From Haliotis rufescens (lineage: Eukaryota), in assembly GCF_023055435.1 (NCBI RefSeq), contig NW_025964001.1, positions 40,052,001 through 40,116,000 of the forward strand: 64,000 nt of DNA, in the 5' to 3' direction. Each line of letters opens with the position of its first letter. Positions within the stretch are counted from its first letter, which is position 1. Under the pieces are notes generated by a model. That model was not told where the DNA came from and made no database searches. It saw only the letters and a program-made list of their open reading frames with translations. Positions 25,641 to 36,009 of this stretch are shown piece by piece. The translations under genes and the position numbers were made by a program.

Positions 25641-26098
25641 ATATTGAGTTAATTACCAAGAATGTACTATTTCTTTTCAAGATTTGTCACATATTTGTAA
25701 AATTTGCTATAAATTACAGCACCTGAGTTGTAACTTGATTAAGGTATTCTGACCTAATGTATAACAGTCTTGTCAATTATCATCTATTATTAACAACTTG
25801 TTGATATATAAATTATAACATAATGAAATGAATACAGTTGATAAACAAGCAGACATATAGACACAACCATCTGGAACATTTGTTTGCACTTTGTTTTGTG
25901 CGTATTCATTTCAATTTATTTTGTGACCTTAATGTCAAATATAATTCCTTATGAGACCCGTATTTATTACTAACAACTTTTGTTTTGCAAAACCAAATCA
26001 TAAAGTATGACATTCATGACAAAGAGGGTATTTATGCATATGCTTTGAAAGGAAATATTAGAGAAAAACCTGGCCCAACATGTTAATGACTTGTACAA

Positions 26099-26442
26099 GG
26101 TGAGGTGAGGTGAAATGGGGTTTAACATCGCGTCCAAGATTATTGCACTTATATAGTGACGTGTGTGTGTGGCTGCTTGTACTAGTCCGGACTGATGCCA
26201 ATTTATAAATAGTGCTAGCTCACTGAGATACCATGCCGCAGTTTAACATGAATACCCCACTCAGACACAGTATACTGACTCTGAGCCGACCAGTCCTTGT
26301 TTTAGCCCCTTAATGCCGAGCGCCAGACAGGGTAACAACAAGTACCATCTTTTAACGTCTTTTGGTATGACGCGGCCGGGGATCGAACCCAGGACCTTCC
26401 GCTCTCCGGGCGGACGCTAGACCACTAGACCACGCAGGCGGT
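26099..26442 (-). mobile_element. tRNA-derived Meta/MESC-domain SINE (family D)
   Basis: B box GGTTCGATCC; CATACCAAAAGACGTTAAAAGATGGTACTTG central domain; (TCACC)n tail; TSD tgacttgtacaa 26087-26098 / 26443-26454. Confidence 0.88.
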
Positions 26443-27244
26443 TGACTTGTACAAAATGGGTACCCAATAATAATCATAATAATTATTTTCAGGGGGGGGG
26501 GGGGGGGGGGGGGGGGTGGAGTTCTGAAAAAATAATCAATCCCCTGTAATACTGAATCAAATGTTATATATGGCTCGCATTGTAGTAACAGAAATAATGT
26601 GCCCTTTTTTGCGTCCAAGTGTACAAAGAATATACTTCCTTATATGGACACATGTATGGGAAAACAATGCTTGAGCTCCTTAACATTAATAAAATATATC
26701 TGATCTCCAACAAAAGGCCAAGATACCCCAGTCAAGCATGGTATTTCTGACTGCTGATACAAGAACCAAATACGACTCTCATCTCAAATACAGAAAAAAA
26801 CAAGGTTTAAATATTAAGTCACATTATCTCATACCACATGTCCCTGAATTTATATGAACCAAAAGGATTTAAAGGCCCTGACAGGAAATACCAATATTTG
26901 TCAACAGAGTATAATCAGGTTTGCTTTTTTATATAAATGTTACTCTTAAACTTATCAAGCATGAATGGAGTAGGCTTATATGTTATTCAAGCACATGATG
27001 TAAGTCACAAAATATTTGGAATCAGGAGAAAACAGAAAAATACATGGTGCTAAAACCACTGCAATAATATTTGCATCAGCAATATTGCAGCCACATACCG
27101 ATAAGAACAAGTTAACCATAACAAAATACCTGTTAACAAAGGACAGTAAAACAGTCGGGTAAATATCACAGTTTAGGATATAAACATTATTCTATCAGGA
27201 TAGACACAATTTTATGGACAACAACTTCTTTAATACTGTAAAAA

Positions 27245-27284
27245 GCGAAGTTTCGGTATAGATCCTTATACCGTTGTCAAGCAA
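27245..27284 (-). ncRNA. Minimal hammerhead-like motif, U3:A8 core variant
   Basis: Minus strand gc TTGACAA c ggtata aggatc tatacc GAAAC; the other arm has GAAACGTC (27588-27595). Confidence 0.6.
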
Positions 27285-27494
27285 GACTGAATGAGGGACA
27301 TAGTGCAGAATATATATAGCAAGTGGAGGATTAACAGTAGAGGCATAACAGTAGAGGATTAACAGTAACAACAAGGGCATACATGAGTGGGATAACATAG
27401 GTAGGTGTGACAACAAGGATGATGCTATCACAACACGATGGACAGAAAACACATAGCTAGAAGCCAATGGGGCATGAAGCCAATAAACAGGTGA

Positions 27495-27563
27495 TTATTG
27501 TTTGATGAGTTCATAGTAGGCGGATTGGATGAAATAGCCTTGATCTCTGTTGATTGTTGGGTT
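27495..27563 (-). pseudogene. C-terminal remnant of PLE GIY-YIG endonuclease ORF (NPTINRDQGYFIQSAYYELIKQ*)
   Basis: Translated by hand; the P-x-(L/I)-N-R-D-x-G motif is typical of the end of Penelope/Poseidon-type ORFs. Confidence 0.75.
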
Positions 27564-27918
27564 ATAACGGTATAAGGATCTATACCCGAAACGTCGCTTT
27601 TTACAGTATTAAAGAAGTTGTTATCCATAAAATTGTGTCTATCTTGTCATCCGCCAACTTCTAAGTAATGCCTATCAAACAAATTATTCTATCAGCCTAG
27701 TGGTTGCTTGGTTTCGTGTAATGCCGCACTCAGCAATATTCCAGCTATATGACATCGGTCTGTAAATAATCAAGTCTGGACCATACAATCCCGTGATTAA
27801 TATCATGTATGAATTAACAATTAGCTGAGACCCCAGAAACTGAAGTTAGACCACCTGACTGGGAATTATGGGGACAGATGGACTTAATTAGTGAAAGAGT
27901 ACATATCATTTCTCAAAA

Positions 27919-28881
27919 TCAGGATAAGTTTATACAAATTCTTTTGCAATGATGGTTCTTGAAATTGTGCTCGTTGGTGAAGAAGCCACCACAAGTACTG
28001 CATTTGGATATGTGGAACTGTTTGACGCACGATTGTTCCGTTCTCAACAGGAAGTTCTTTAGGGTTGGAGGCACATGTACTTGTGATAGATAATTCACTC
28101 TACACTCTAGGATACAGTCAACGGCTATCTGCATTAAGCTGCTCACGGATTTGACATAATCCAAGCTTTGAAAGTGATGAACGTTGAAATGTTCATTATA
28201 CCATGGGGTAACTTCTGAATACATATCAACACGATTGTGGCGTTTACTCAAAGCTGAGAAAATGGCATCCTTGCCCTCAGTGCAGACTGACATAGGTGGT
28301 GATACAAGATTACAGTTTCCAGTAACATCTAGTACTTGAAGATGTGAGAGTTTTAACAGACTTGTTGGTAGGTATGTAAGTGTGTTGTGTTTGAGGTATA
28401 GTTCTTCTAAAGTTGGTATATATCCCATAATAGGAGATATTTCCGACAAACAATTTGATGATAAATCACACACTTGGAGATGTTGTAGGTACACAAGTGT
28501 CCATGGAATTTCCCTCAGTTTATTCTCTTGAAGACGAAGTATCGTCAGGTTATGAAAGTTGCTGATGGTCAGGGGAATGTTTTCTACTGATGATTGCGAC
28601 AAGGTTATTTCTATTGCAGATAGGGGATTCCCGTGTTTTTCCAGTGCTTTTTTTAAATCTTTATCTTCTGACACATTGGAATTAACACTTTTCTGGCGAT
28701 GGTTGACAACTTCTACAAAAGTGATGTTGTTTATGAGTCTTGCTTTGTCTGGAACAACATTCGTCACATCCTGATCATTGATTTGCTGGGCTTCTGGAAC
28801 TTCATTGTCGTCGTCTTGTTCATCAGCGATCGGCAGAAATGGGAAAGTGCGTTTGAGACATTGTTTAGCACGTTTTAGCAT
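27919..28881 (-). CDS. Leucine-rich-repeat protein with C-terminal SOCS/BC-box-like motif and zinc-finger-like motif (320 aa), single coding exon
   Basis: About five 23-aa LRRs (LxxLxLxxNxLxxIP) and a cap (GNCNLVSPP); VSSLMQIAVDCIL...VPPTLKNFL; CSTCGGFFTNEHNFKNHHC. Confidence 0.88.
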   Translation of the reverse strand: MLKRAKQCLKRTFPFLPIADEQDDDNEVPEAQQINDQDVTNVVPDKARLINNITFVEVVNHRQKSVNSNVSEDKDLKKALEKHGNPLSAIEITLSQSSVENIPLTISNFHNLTILRLQENKLREIPWTLVYLQHLQVCDLSSNCLSEISPIMGYIPTLEELYLKHNTLTYLPTSLLKLSHLQVLDVTGNCNLVSPPMSVCTEGKDAIFSALSKRHNRVDMYSEVTPWYNEHFNVHHFQSLDYVKSVSSLMQIAVDCILECRVNYLSQVHVPPTLKNFLLRTEQSCVKQFHISKCSTCGGFFTNEHNFKNHHCKRICINLS

Positions 28882-29311
28882 TATAAATACTGTATTTGTT
28901 AACTCCCTTCAAATAAGAGTCTACTTTCCGTCACAACAAATTACGGAGACACGGCCTGAACAGTTCACTCACCTCTTATAGTCTTATCCACAAATGTCAG
29001 TCCAACTTAACATCTGAACTCCCACTGTTGTCTGTTGTAGTAACTTGTACACAGTCTGATCTGATCTGAACGGTCTGGGCTCAACAAGTGTCGTTTTTCA
29101 TAAGAATAAGAATTGTCAGTGCCCCAAACCGTAGAGAAATTGTGAGTCTTTGTCCGTATACTATGGTGTACGTGTCCCCGTGTGAAGTGGCAGTTATGAC
29201 ACTCGCTGCACATTATAACTTCGTTATCAGCTTATATTTGGTACGTGAGTAACCCCTGTTTACTTCCGTGTTTAGAGCTTGTGTACATGCGCAGTTCAAA
29301 CTTCCTCCAAT
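28882..29311. promoter_or_regulatory. Bidirectional promoter between the LRR gene and CCDC32
   Basis: Divergent ATGs 430 bp apart; ETS-like ACTTCCG 29262-29268; NRF1-like TGTACATGCGCA 29282-29293; YY1-like AATATGGCGGC over the CCDC32 ATG. Confidence 0.65.
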
Positions 29312-29459
29312 ATGGCGGCCGAAGATATTGAACAGCCACCGGCTCCAGCCATGAATGACCCGTGGGCACCCCAACCCCCGTCTAACGTGACTGTGATGCC
29401 GTGCCCGGTTGACCCTATACATCAACTTATCAGTTCTGACAAGTATATCGAATCCTTAG
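29312..29459 (+). CDS. CCDC32: CCDC32 orthologue, coding exon 1
   Basis: MAAEDIEQ...DPWAP...SDKYIESL; donor G|GTATGC at 29460, phase 1; resembles the CCDC32 DSEVYLASLEKKL motif. Confidence 0.82.
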
Positions 29460-29886
29460 GTATGCCCAACTCTGTTGGCTCAGATACATTCTGGAGAATC
29501 AGGGGGCGTGGCCATTTGCAGAACGAACTAATGATACCGTGACTTTCACGCCGCCGATCCTGCGTTCCTCTTCGATCATTAGGGTTATTTATGTTAGCCC
29601 CTGGATCCTTGAATGAAAGTACAGGCGAACATATTCTGTTGCGGTTCCAAATATATTCAATCTCATTCTCAGTTTGTTGATTAGCTTTGTTTTACCCACT
29701 GCGATGTAACTGTGTACAGATATATTCTCCATCACGAAACATCAGTGCTGATGTCACAACCGTTAAGAGTGGACTTTAAGCTATTGTCTCTTGTGTATCA
29801 GTGTGTAACTGGTTCTGCACCAAATTAGATGTCAGATGTCATGTCGATATATATTCCTTCAAGATATCTACGTACAGTGTGATTAT

Positions 29887-30087
29887 TAGTCTGTCTTACA
29901 GACCCTGATACAAGTATATATCAAATGCAGCCTATGCAAGTCTATAATGTTTGGCAAGTCTAGATTACTGCAGTATCTGAAAATGAGGAGAGTCACTGGG
30001 CTCCCTTTTATTATATTTTGATTAAGATAACTGAAGAACTGTTTTTTCTGTATGATATGTTCATTTCAGAGACTAGATGTTAGTCTA
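29887..30087. mobile_element. Second copy of the TAG...CTA ~200-bp DNA element, in CCDC32 intron 1
   Basis: TSD tgtgattat 29878-29886 / 30088-30096. Confidence 0.8.
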
Positions 30088-30652
30088 TGTGATTATAGAA
30101 GCTGTTCGCAGCTCAATAGTATTGTCAAATCTTGATTTACCCAAAGATGTATATAGATTTTGATTTACCGAAGACATAATATTTAGTATCGCTTCACCGA
30201 TCGCGCATGCCTCTTCGATCCTAAGGGTTTGTTTTGTTAAGGTTAGGGTAGCTTTCTTCCAACTCTATCCTTAGCCCTTGGATCCTTGAATGAAAATAGT
30301 GACAAACATATTCTTAATCGTCTCCCAATGTTCCAGCAACCAGAGGAAGGCAGTTGTCCTCTCTTATAAGCTCAAATCTTTTGGATATTGTTTGTAGCAG
30401 CTATGAAGTGAAATTGTCTGCCTGATTGAGACACCACTTCGGCACAATTCAAAGCACAGTTAATGACATATCACTTCAAAATTGATTGTCTGGTCCAGAC
30501 TAGATTATTTACAGACGGACATCATACAGTTGGAATATTGCTGAGCGCGGTGATAAACAACGAACAAACCAACCAAAATCTTTTGATAATTGTTCCAAGT
30601 CAGTCAGCTCTTCAATGTCATACTATGTCTTAGTCATTCTTAATTATTCCAG

Positions 30653-30894
30653 AGAAAAAACTAAACAGACTGAAGGGCCGTGCACCTCGTGAACCAACAG
30701 CCCGAGATATTGTCCAGTCCCTGTCAAAATTGCGAAATGATCAAATGGAGCGTTTCCTGAAGGAGGAGTCATGTCAGACACAAGCTGTCCACTTAGCAAG
30801 TGGAGGAGAAGCCGCATCAGCATCATACATCCAGCGTCGCCTCTACCCGGAGAAACAGGCTGTCACTGGAGATGAAGTTGTAGAGTTGTTGCAG
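30653..30894 (+). CDS. CCDC32: CCDC32 orthologue, coding exon 2
   Basis: Acceptor ttccAG 30651-30652; (E)KKLNRLKG..PTARDIVQSLSKLRNDQMERFL...IQRRLYPEKQAVTGDEVVELLQ parallels EKKLRRIKG..TSKDMLRTL..RFL..KRWLQPDKVAVSTEEVQYL as I recall it for CCDC32; donor CAG|GTGGGT. Confidence 0.88.
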
Positions 30895-30917
30895 GTGGGT
30901 CTCATCACTAGTGATGT

Positions 30918-31649
30918 CATCTTCCCTAGGGAAGGGAGTTTACTGACTAAAAAAGTCCAGTTTTCACCTCTGCCAAACTAGGCTGGAATTTCTGGGCTCG
31001 ATCGTAGCGCCACCTGTGGTTATTACTAGTTGTGTCCCATCTTTGCCTCTCCTACCGACCAATCAGATTCCATCTCTCATATCACTTACATTTGCTTCAA
31101 ACAAACTGGCGGTGCCCAAACAAGAAGATTTGATAGATAATCAAGACATTTATTGTAATAAAATGGGTCTCACCTCACAAAGTGCATTAAATCACTTGAG
31201 CACCTTCATTAAGAACATGGAAGGATTTTGATAAGATTGGTCGATGCCCAGTTGAAAGCACACATGTTCTGCAAATCCTGCAGTCAACTGAATTCTCCAC
31301 GTCAGTCTCCATGCTGTTAAAATGTCAATTTCGTGAAACGATTTTGTTTGGGCTGTGCATAGTGAGTGAGTGAGTGAGTGAGTTGGGTTTAACGCCGCAT
31401 TTAACAGTATTTCCAGTTATATCGCGGCGTGTCAGCTTAATGTGGGAGGAAAGCCCGAAGTGATGTAGGTCTCAGACGTTTACCACTTCGGTGAAACCCA
31501 CGAGCACGGGTATGGTGCTGACAAACCTAGAAACATAATCGGGGCGAACCGGGATTCGAACGGCTGTGCATAGACTCGTTAGACCAGCCAAAATATGACT
31601 CCATAATTTACACCTAGTTCAGCAAGGGTGGAAACTGAACTTTTACAGT
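30918..31649 (+). mobile_element. Long-TIR MITE (CATCTTCC... family) with nested SINE
   Basis: Homologous to 33834-34346 and 50247-50728; right TIR truncated. Confidence 0.8.
31363..31561 (-). mobile_element. 5'-truncated SINE family A inserted in the MITE
   Basis: TSD ggctgtgcatag 31351-31362 / 31562-31573. Confidence 0.9.
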
Positions 31650-32258
31650 TTGTTATATCATATAAGAAATATATGACTTGTGGTGTCATTTATTTCTTAA
31701 ATACCACCTGCAAAGGATGAATGAATGACTTTTGACCTATTCCACAGCCACTATGAAGTCACTGCTATATAAACATAATATTATGGTAGATTTTTTGAGA
31801 ACTTGCACTAATATCATCATAAGTCATAAGCTACAATGTATTATATATTTGTTTCTACCATCTATTTGATAATCAGTTATGATAAATACCTATTTCTGTC
31901 ATTTGAAGAATTTTGAATTCTATCAAACTATGAAAATATGAGTTGTTGCCTGTTACTGATATGTTTGTTTTTGTGTTATATCCCAGTACTCTGGCGAATC
32001 AGATTTTAATTTATTAGAAACTGTAAACTCAACTTTTTGTTTTGGTAAGACTTGAAGTGTAACATGCATGATTACTGAAGGCTGAAGATCAGCTGTATAT
32101 GCTTTAGGAACATGACTATAGTACTATTACTATATATTTACTTAAGTACTTGGAAGAACTATAAGTTTTATAATAATCTTTTTACAAATTTATTGTTGGC
32201 TCATTTGTTCAACAAAAAACATATTTAGCTCTCTTTGTCATGTAAGCTTCTTGTACAG

Positions 32259-32513
32259 GCTGATGCCCTAGCAAACAGAATTGCAGAAGAGCAGGAGCTC
32301 GAGGAACTAGCTGCAGGAAATGCCACTGCTGCCATGGTGATATCAAAGACTGGGTCAAGGACTAAAGGGGAGACAACTGATTCAGCCTCAGAGCCTGTTT
32401 GCATGGCAACTGATGTTGCAGAAGTGCAGATATTAAGTAGTCCGAGAAAAGAAGATCTTTCGGGAGCTTCCAATGTAGACAGTGAACAGGAAAATAGTGA
32501 GAACAAGACTTAG
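32259..32513 (+). CDS. CCDC32: CCDC32 orthologue, coding exon 3 (spliced product 214 aa)
   Basis: Acceptor cttcttgtacAG 32257-32258, phase 0; ADALANRIAEEQELEEL...ENKT*; AATAAA at 32993-32998. Confidence 0.75.
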   Translation, partial: ADALANRIAEEQELEELAAGNATAAMVISKTGSRTKGETTDSASEPVCMATDVAEVQILSSPRKEDLSGASNVDSEQENSENKT

Positions 32514-33259
32514 ACTAGAAAGAAGACATGAGAGCATCATCAGAACTTATGCCGGTACGTTGAGATGTTTCCTGATGAGTTTGATGCTGTGATGTATGAT
32601 GACATTGTCATGACTTCTGTGAGGTGTCTGCTGTTGCATCATCTTGTCACTGTACAGTAGAAGAAACTCGCTGGAGCAGGAGGTTAGACAGCTATCTAAT
32701 AGAAACTGGTGATTTTAGAATCTCATAGTCTTACAGGATAAGTCCACATAGATGACATGTATAATACCATGGACAGTTTGTGTTGTCAACATGATTCACT
32801 TTTCATGCAGTGTTCATTCATACCAGCCTAGTGGGCCACTTGTGGTCCAGTTGTGGAAAGAGTTGTGTCCCTTAGCTGCCCCAGAATCCTTTGGTCATGG
32901 GTATAAACACTGAGATTTTTTTTTTACCAGTCTATACTTAATCTTGTGGGTTTCTTCAAGTGGCAACCATCTGTGACCTGCACCACTTTTATAATAAACT
33001 AAACTGAAAATATTTTGCCCATTACGAGCTTGTGGTTCATCAGTGACAAATAGACCGTTTTCCAGTAAACACATGGTATGACTTGGAGCTTTCTGTTCAC
33101 TTCTTCTACATGTTAGACTCAGGGCTTGTGACCTGTCTATTCAATTAGTTTAGAACTACCATGGACAGACTGTGTGCCCCCATCCATCTCCAACACCGGC
33201 TTCCATGTGCTTCACTTGAAGTCTTAGAGGGGATATCCATGTCAGCATGTTAAATTGTG

Positions 33260-33505
33260 GACCGGGTTAGAATAGGTCTTCAGCAACCCATGCTTGCCGT
33301 AAGAGGTGACTATATTTGTCGTAAGAGGCGACTAACAGGATTGGGTGGTCAGGCTCGCTGACTTCGTTGATGCATGTCATCGTATCCCAATTGCATAGAT
33401 CATGATATATCAATAGATTGTCTTTTCCAGACTTGATTATTTACAGACTGTCATCATATAGCAGGAATATTGTGGAGTGCTAAGTTAAACAACAAACAAA
33501 CAAAT
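33260..33505 (+). mobile_element. SINE-like family B copy
   Basis: Matches the family B sequence, (AAAC)n tail. Confidence 0.85.
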
Positions 33506-33833
33506 TTTAAACTGCGGTGTGGTATCTCAGTGGACTATCACTGTAAAACTAACATTAGTGTATGAACATCACTATATGCAATATGGTACTTGTTTTTATT
33601 ACCCTGCTCAGTAGTAGGCTCAGAGTCAGTACCGGTATACTGGGTATGAGTGTGGAATCCATGTTAAACTGCGGTATTCGCAAGGGCTAAAATTAACTTT
33701 GCAATGGATGCTTATCATATGTGCAGTGTTGGAAGCATCAGGTATTTTTACATGTTGAAACATTCCATGCATCTAGATCGAAGTCAGTGCACATGGCACA
33801 CTGCACACAATCTTGCTGGCACAGGTCAAAGGG

Positions 33834-34346
33834 CATCTTCCCGAGGCAAGAGAGTTAACTGACTTTAAAAGTCCAGTTTCCATCCTTGCCGAACTTGGCT
33901 GGAATTCCTCGGCTCGATCGTAGCGCCACCAGTGGCTGTTTGGACTTATATCCCTTCTAAGCCTCTCATATGGACCAATCAGATTCCATCACTTGCATTT
34001 GTTTCAATCAAAATGGCGGCGCCCAGTCAAGACAATCTGATCGATAATCAAGATCTATATTGTCATAAAATTGGTCTTACATCGCGAAGTGCATCAAATC
34101 ACGTGAGCACCTTCATTATAAAATTGAAAATGTTTGAAAAATATCTGTTGACAACGAGTTGGCTGTGCACATGCTTTGCAAATCCTGCAATCGACCGTCA
34201 TCTGCACAACAGTTTACGAACTAGATTTCGATTTCGTTGCGCGATTTTTATTGGACTATGCATAGACTCGTTAGTCCAGCAAAAAATGTAACTCCATAAT
34301 ACAAGCCTAGTTCAGCAAGGGTGGAAACTGGACTTTTTGGAAGATG
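33834..34346 (+). mobile_element. Long-TIR MITE, CATCTTCC...GGAAGATG, 9-bp TSD
   Basis: TSD gtcaaaggg / gtcaaatgg (33825-33833 / 34347-34355); inner inverted repeat aaaagtccagtttcca..cttgc.gaact. Confidence 0.82.
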
Positions 34347-34754
34347 GTCAAATGGTGATTATTGTGTGAACATAGTCACATGTTGTTGTGTAATATTGGA
34401 TCATGTTTGGATCATCAGGGTTTGATTGTGGTGTGATTTGTTGATGCATCAATCTACCGTGGTGATCATCACTCAAGAATAAAGTTCTTCTCTATGTTTC
34501 AGATTTGTTGTTTTTGATTAAAAATGGTGATTTTTGTCATGAATATATTTGTCATGTTTGTCTGCTTCAAAAGAAGAGTTTTTACCTGGCTGTATACAAC
34601 GTTTATCATTTGGTTGTATGTGCTCCCATTTCAATGAGCAGAAATGTTTTATTGCACAGATTATGGATAAAGTTCATTAGGTGGGTATTCTGTAAACCCA
34701 GGCCTTTTTCCGTCATGGATATAATTATTGAAGTCCATCGGTATCCTTATGCAG

Positions 34755-35030
34755 ACAGACCACCTCTGTGGCCTTATGGTAGAGGGTCCACCTGGAGAGT
34801 GAAAGGTTAGGGGTTCAATCCCAGGCTGTGTCATACCTAATGACGTTAAAAGATGGTTGTTGTTGTTACCCTGCCTGGCACTCAGCGTTTAGGGACTAAA
34901 ACAAGGACTGGTCGAATCAGAGTCAGTATAATGTATCTGAGTGGGGTATTCATGTTAACAAACGGCATGGTATCTCAGTAGGACGGCACTAAAAGATCGG
35001 ACTAGTGGAAGCAGCCGCACACATGCCTAC
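34755..35030 (+). mobile_element. Meta/MESC SINE family D, diverged
   Basis: Homologous to 26099-26442; further diverged copies at ~39325-39662 and ~54343-54620. Confidence 0.78.
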
Positions 35031-36009
35031 ATGTTCTAGTGGATAGAGCTTCTGCTTGCAGAGAGGGAGGTTCAGTCCTCTGCCCATGTCATAGCAATTA
35101 CCCTGCCTGGTGCTTGGCATTATTATAAAGGGGAAAAAACAAGGACTCAGTGGCTTGGAGTCAGTATGCTGTGTCTGAGTGAGGCATTCCACCCTACCCC
35201 ACCAACACACACAGAGTGCATGCATGTCACTATGTAAGTGCAGTAATCTTGATAGCGCCGTTTCACTCCATTTCACATCACCCCATGCTTCCCTTACTTG
35301 ATGAGGTATTGCTGATACTGTATGCACTCCTTCTCACTTCTTTTGCCAAAAGAACCAACCACACCTACAGGACCACAAGTCCAGAGTTCTAGAGATTCAA
35401 GGCGGCAATCAAACAATGAAACAATGTTTATTTTGCTTTAATGCCAAAAATAGTCACATATATATTGGAAAGCATTTATGTGGTTTAATGTTATCACTTG
35501 ATTTTATATATCTGTGCATGCTTTTCAATGGTCCACAATGACCTTTTTCTTCATGTGAAACCCTTCCAAGTAATGGTCCGTGTAAATAGAGTTACTTCCC
35601 TTTACCTACTGGCTTGTTTTCATTTCAGAAGTTTATAGAGGACCTCAGTGTTAAACCCAGCTCACTCAGTCACCCCTTAAATGCCAGGTCACACATATCT
35701 GGGTCTAGTACAGGTGTATCTATGTATGCTGTGGGGATCCTGGGAGTAGGATAGGCCCCAGGTACCGCATGCCTATGACAGTTACCTCCCATGTACTGTA
35801 TGGATCACTGGCCTCTCTCTCTCATGTGTAGTGGCTCCCTCCCTCCCTTCCTCACTCACTCACGCTAACCATTAGATAATGGAAACAAGCTCATACTTCC
35901 TAAATACATGAGTAGCAAACATTGCTTGATATAAGGAATAAAGAAATTGCCATGTGTTTTAAAAGCAAAAAATGTGAAAATGATCACAGTTGCGTTTGCT
36001 TTTAAATAT

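Larger units (their letters stand above)
27199..27682. mobile_element. 5'-truncated Penelope-like retroelement with inverted pseudo-LTR, 39-nt tail and 13-bp TSD
   Basis: Arms 27199-27275 / 27566-27643; TSD attattctatcag 27186-27198 / 27683-27695; ORF remnant and hammerhead-like motif inside. Confidence 0.88.

Noticed and set aside
25024-25726. Overlapping 120-190-aa ORFs
   Set aside because: Derived from tandem SINE tails
26492-26516. Poly-G run / poly-Pro ORF
   Set aside because: Simple homopolymer, length unreliable, no coding support
32572-32578. CTGATGA in the CCDC32 3'UTR as a hammerhead core
   Set aside because: No stem II or GAAA follows
35629-35690. Possible coding exon after ttttcatttcag (KFIEDLSVKPSS...)
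   Set aside because: No recognisable homology, weak donor, no partner exons identified
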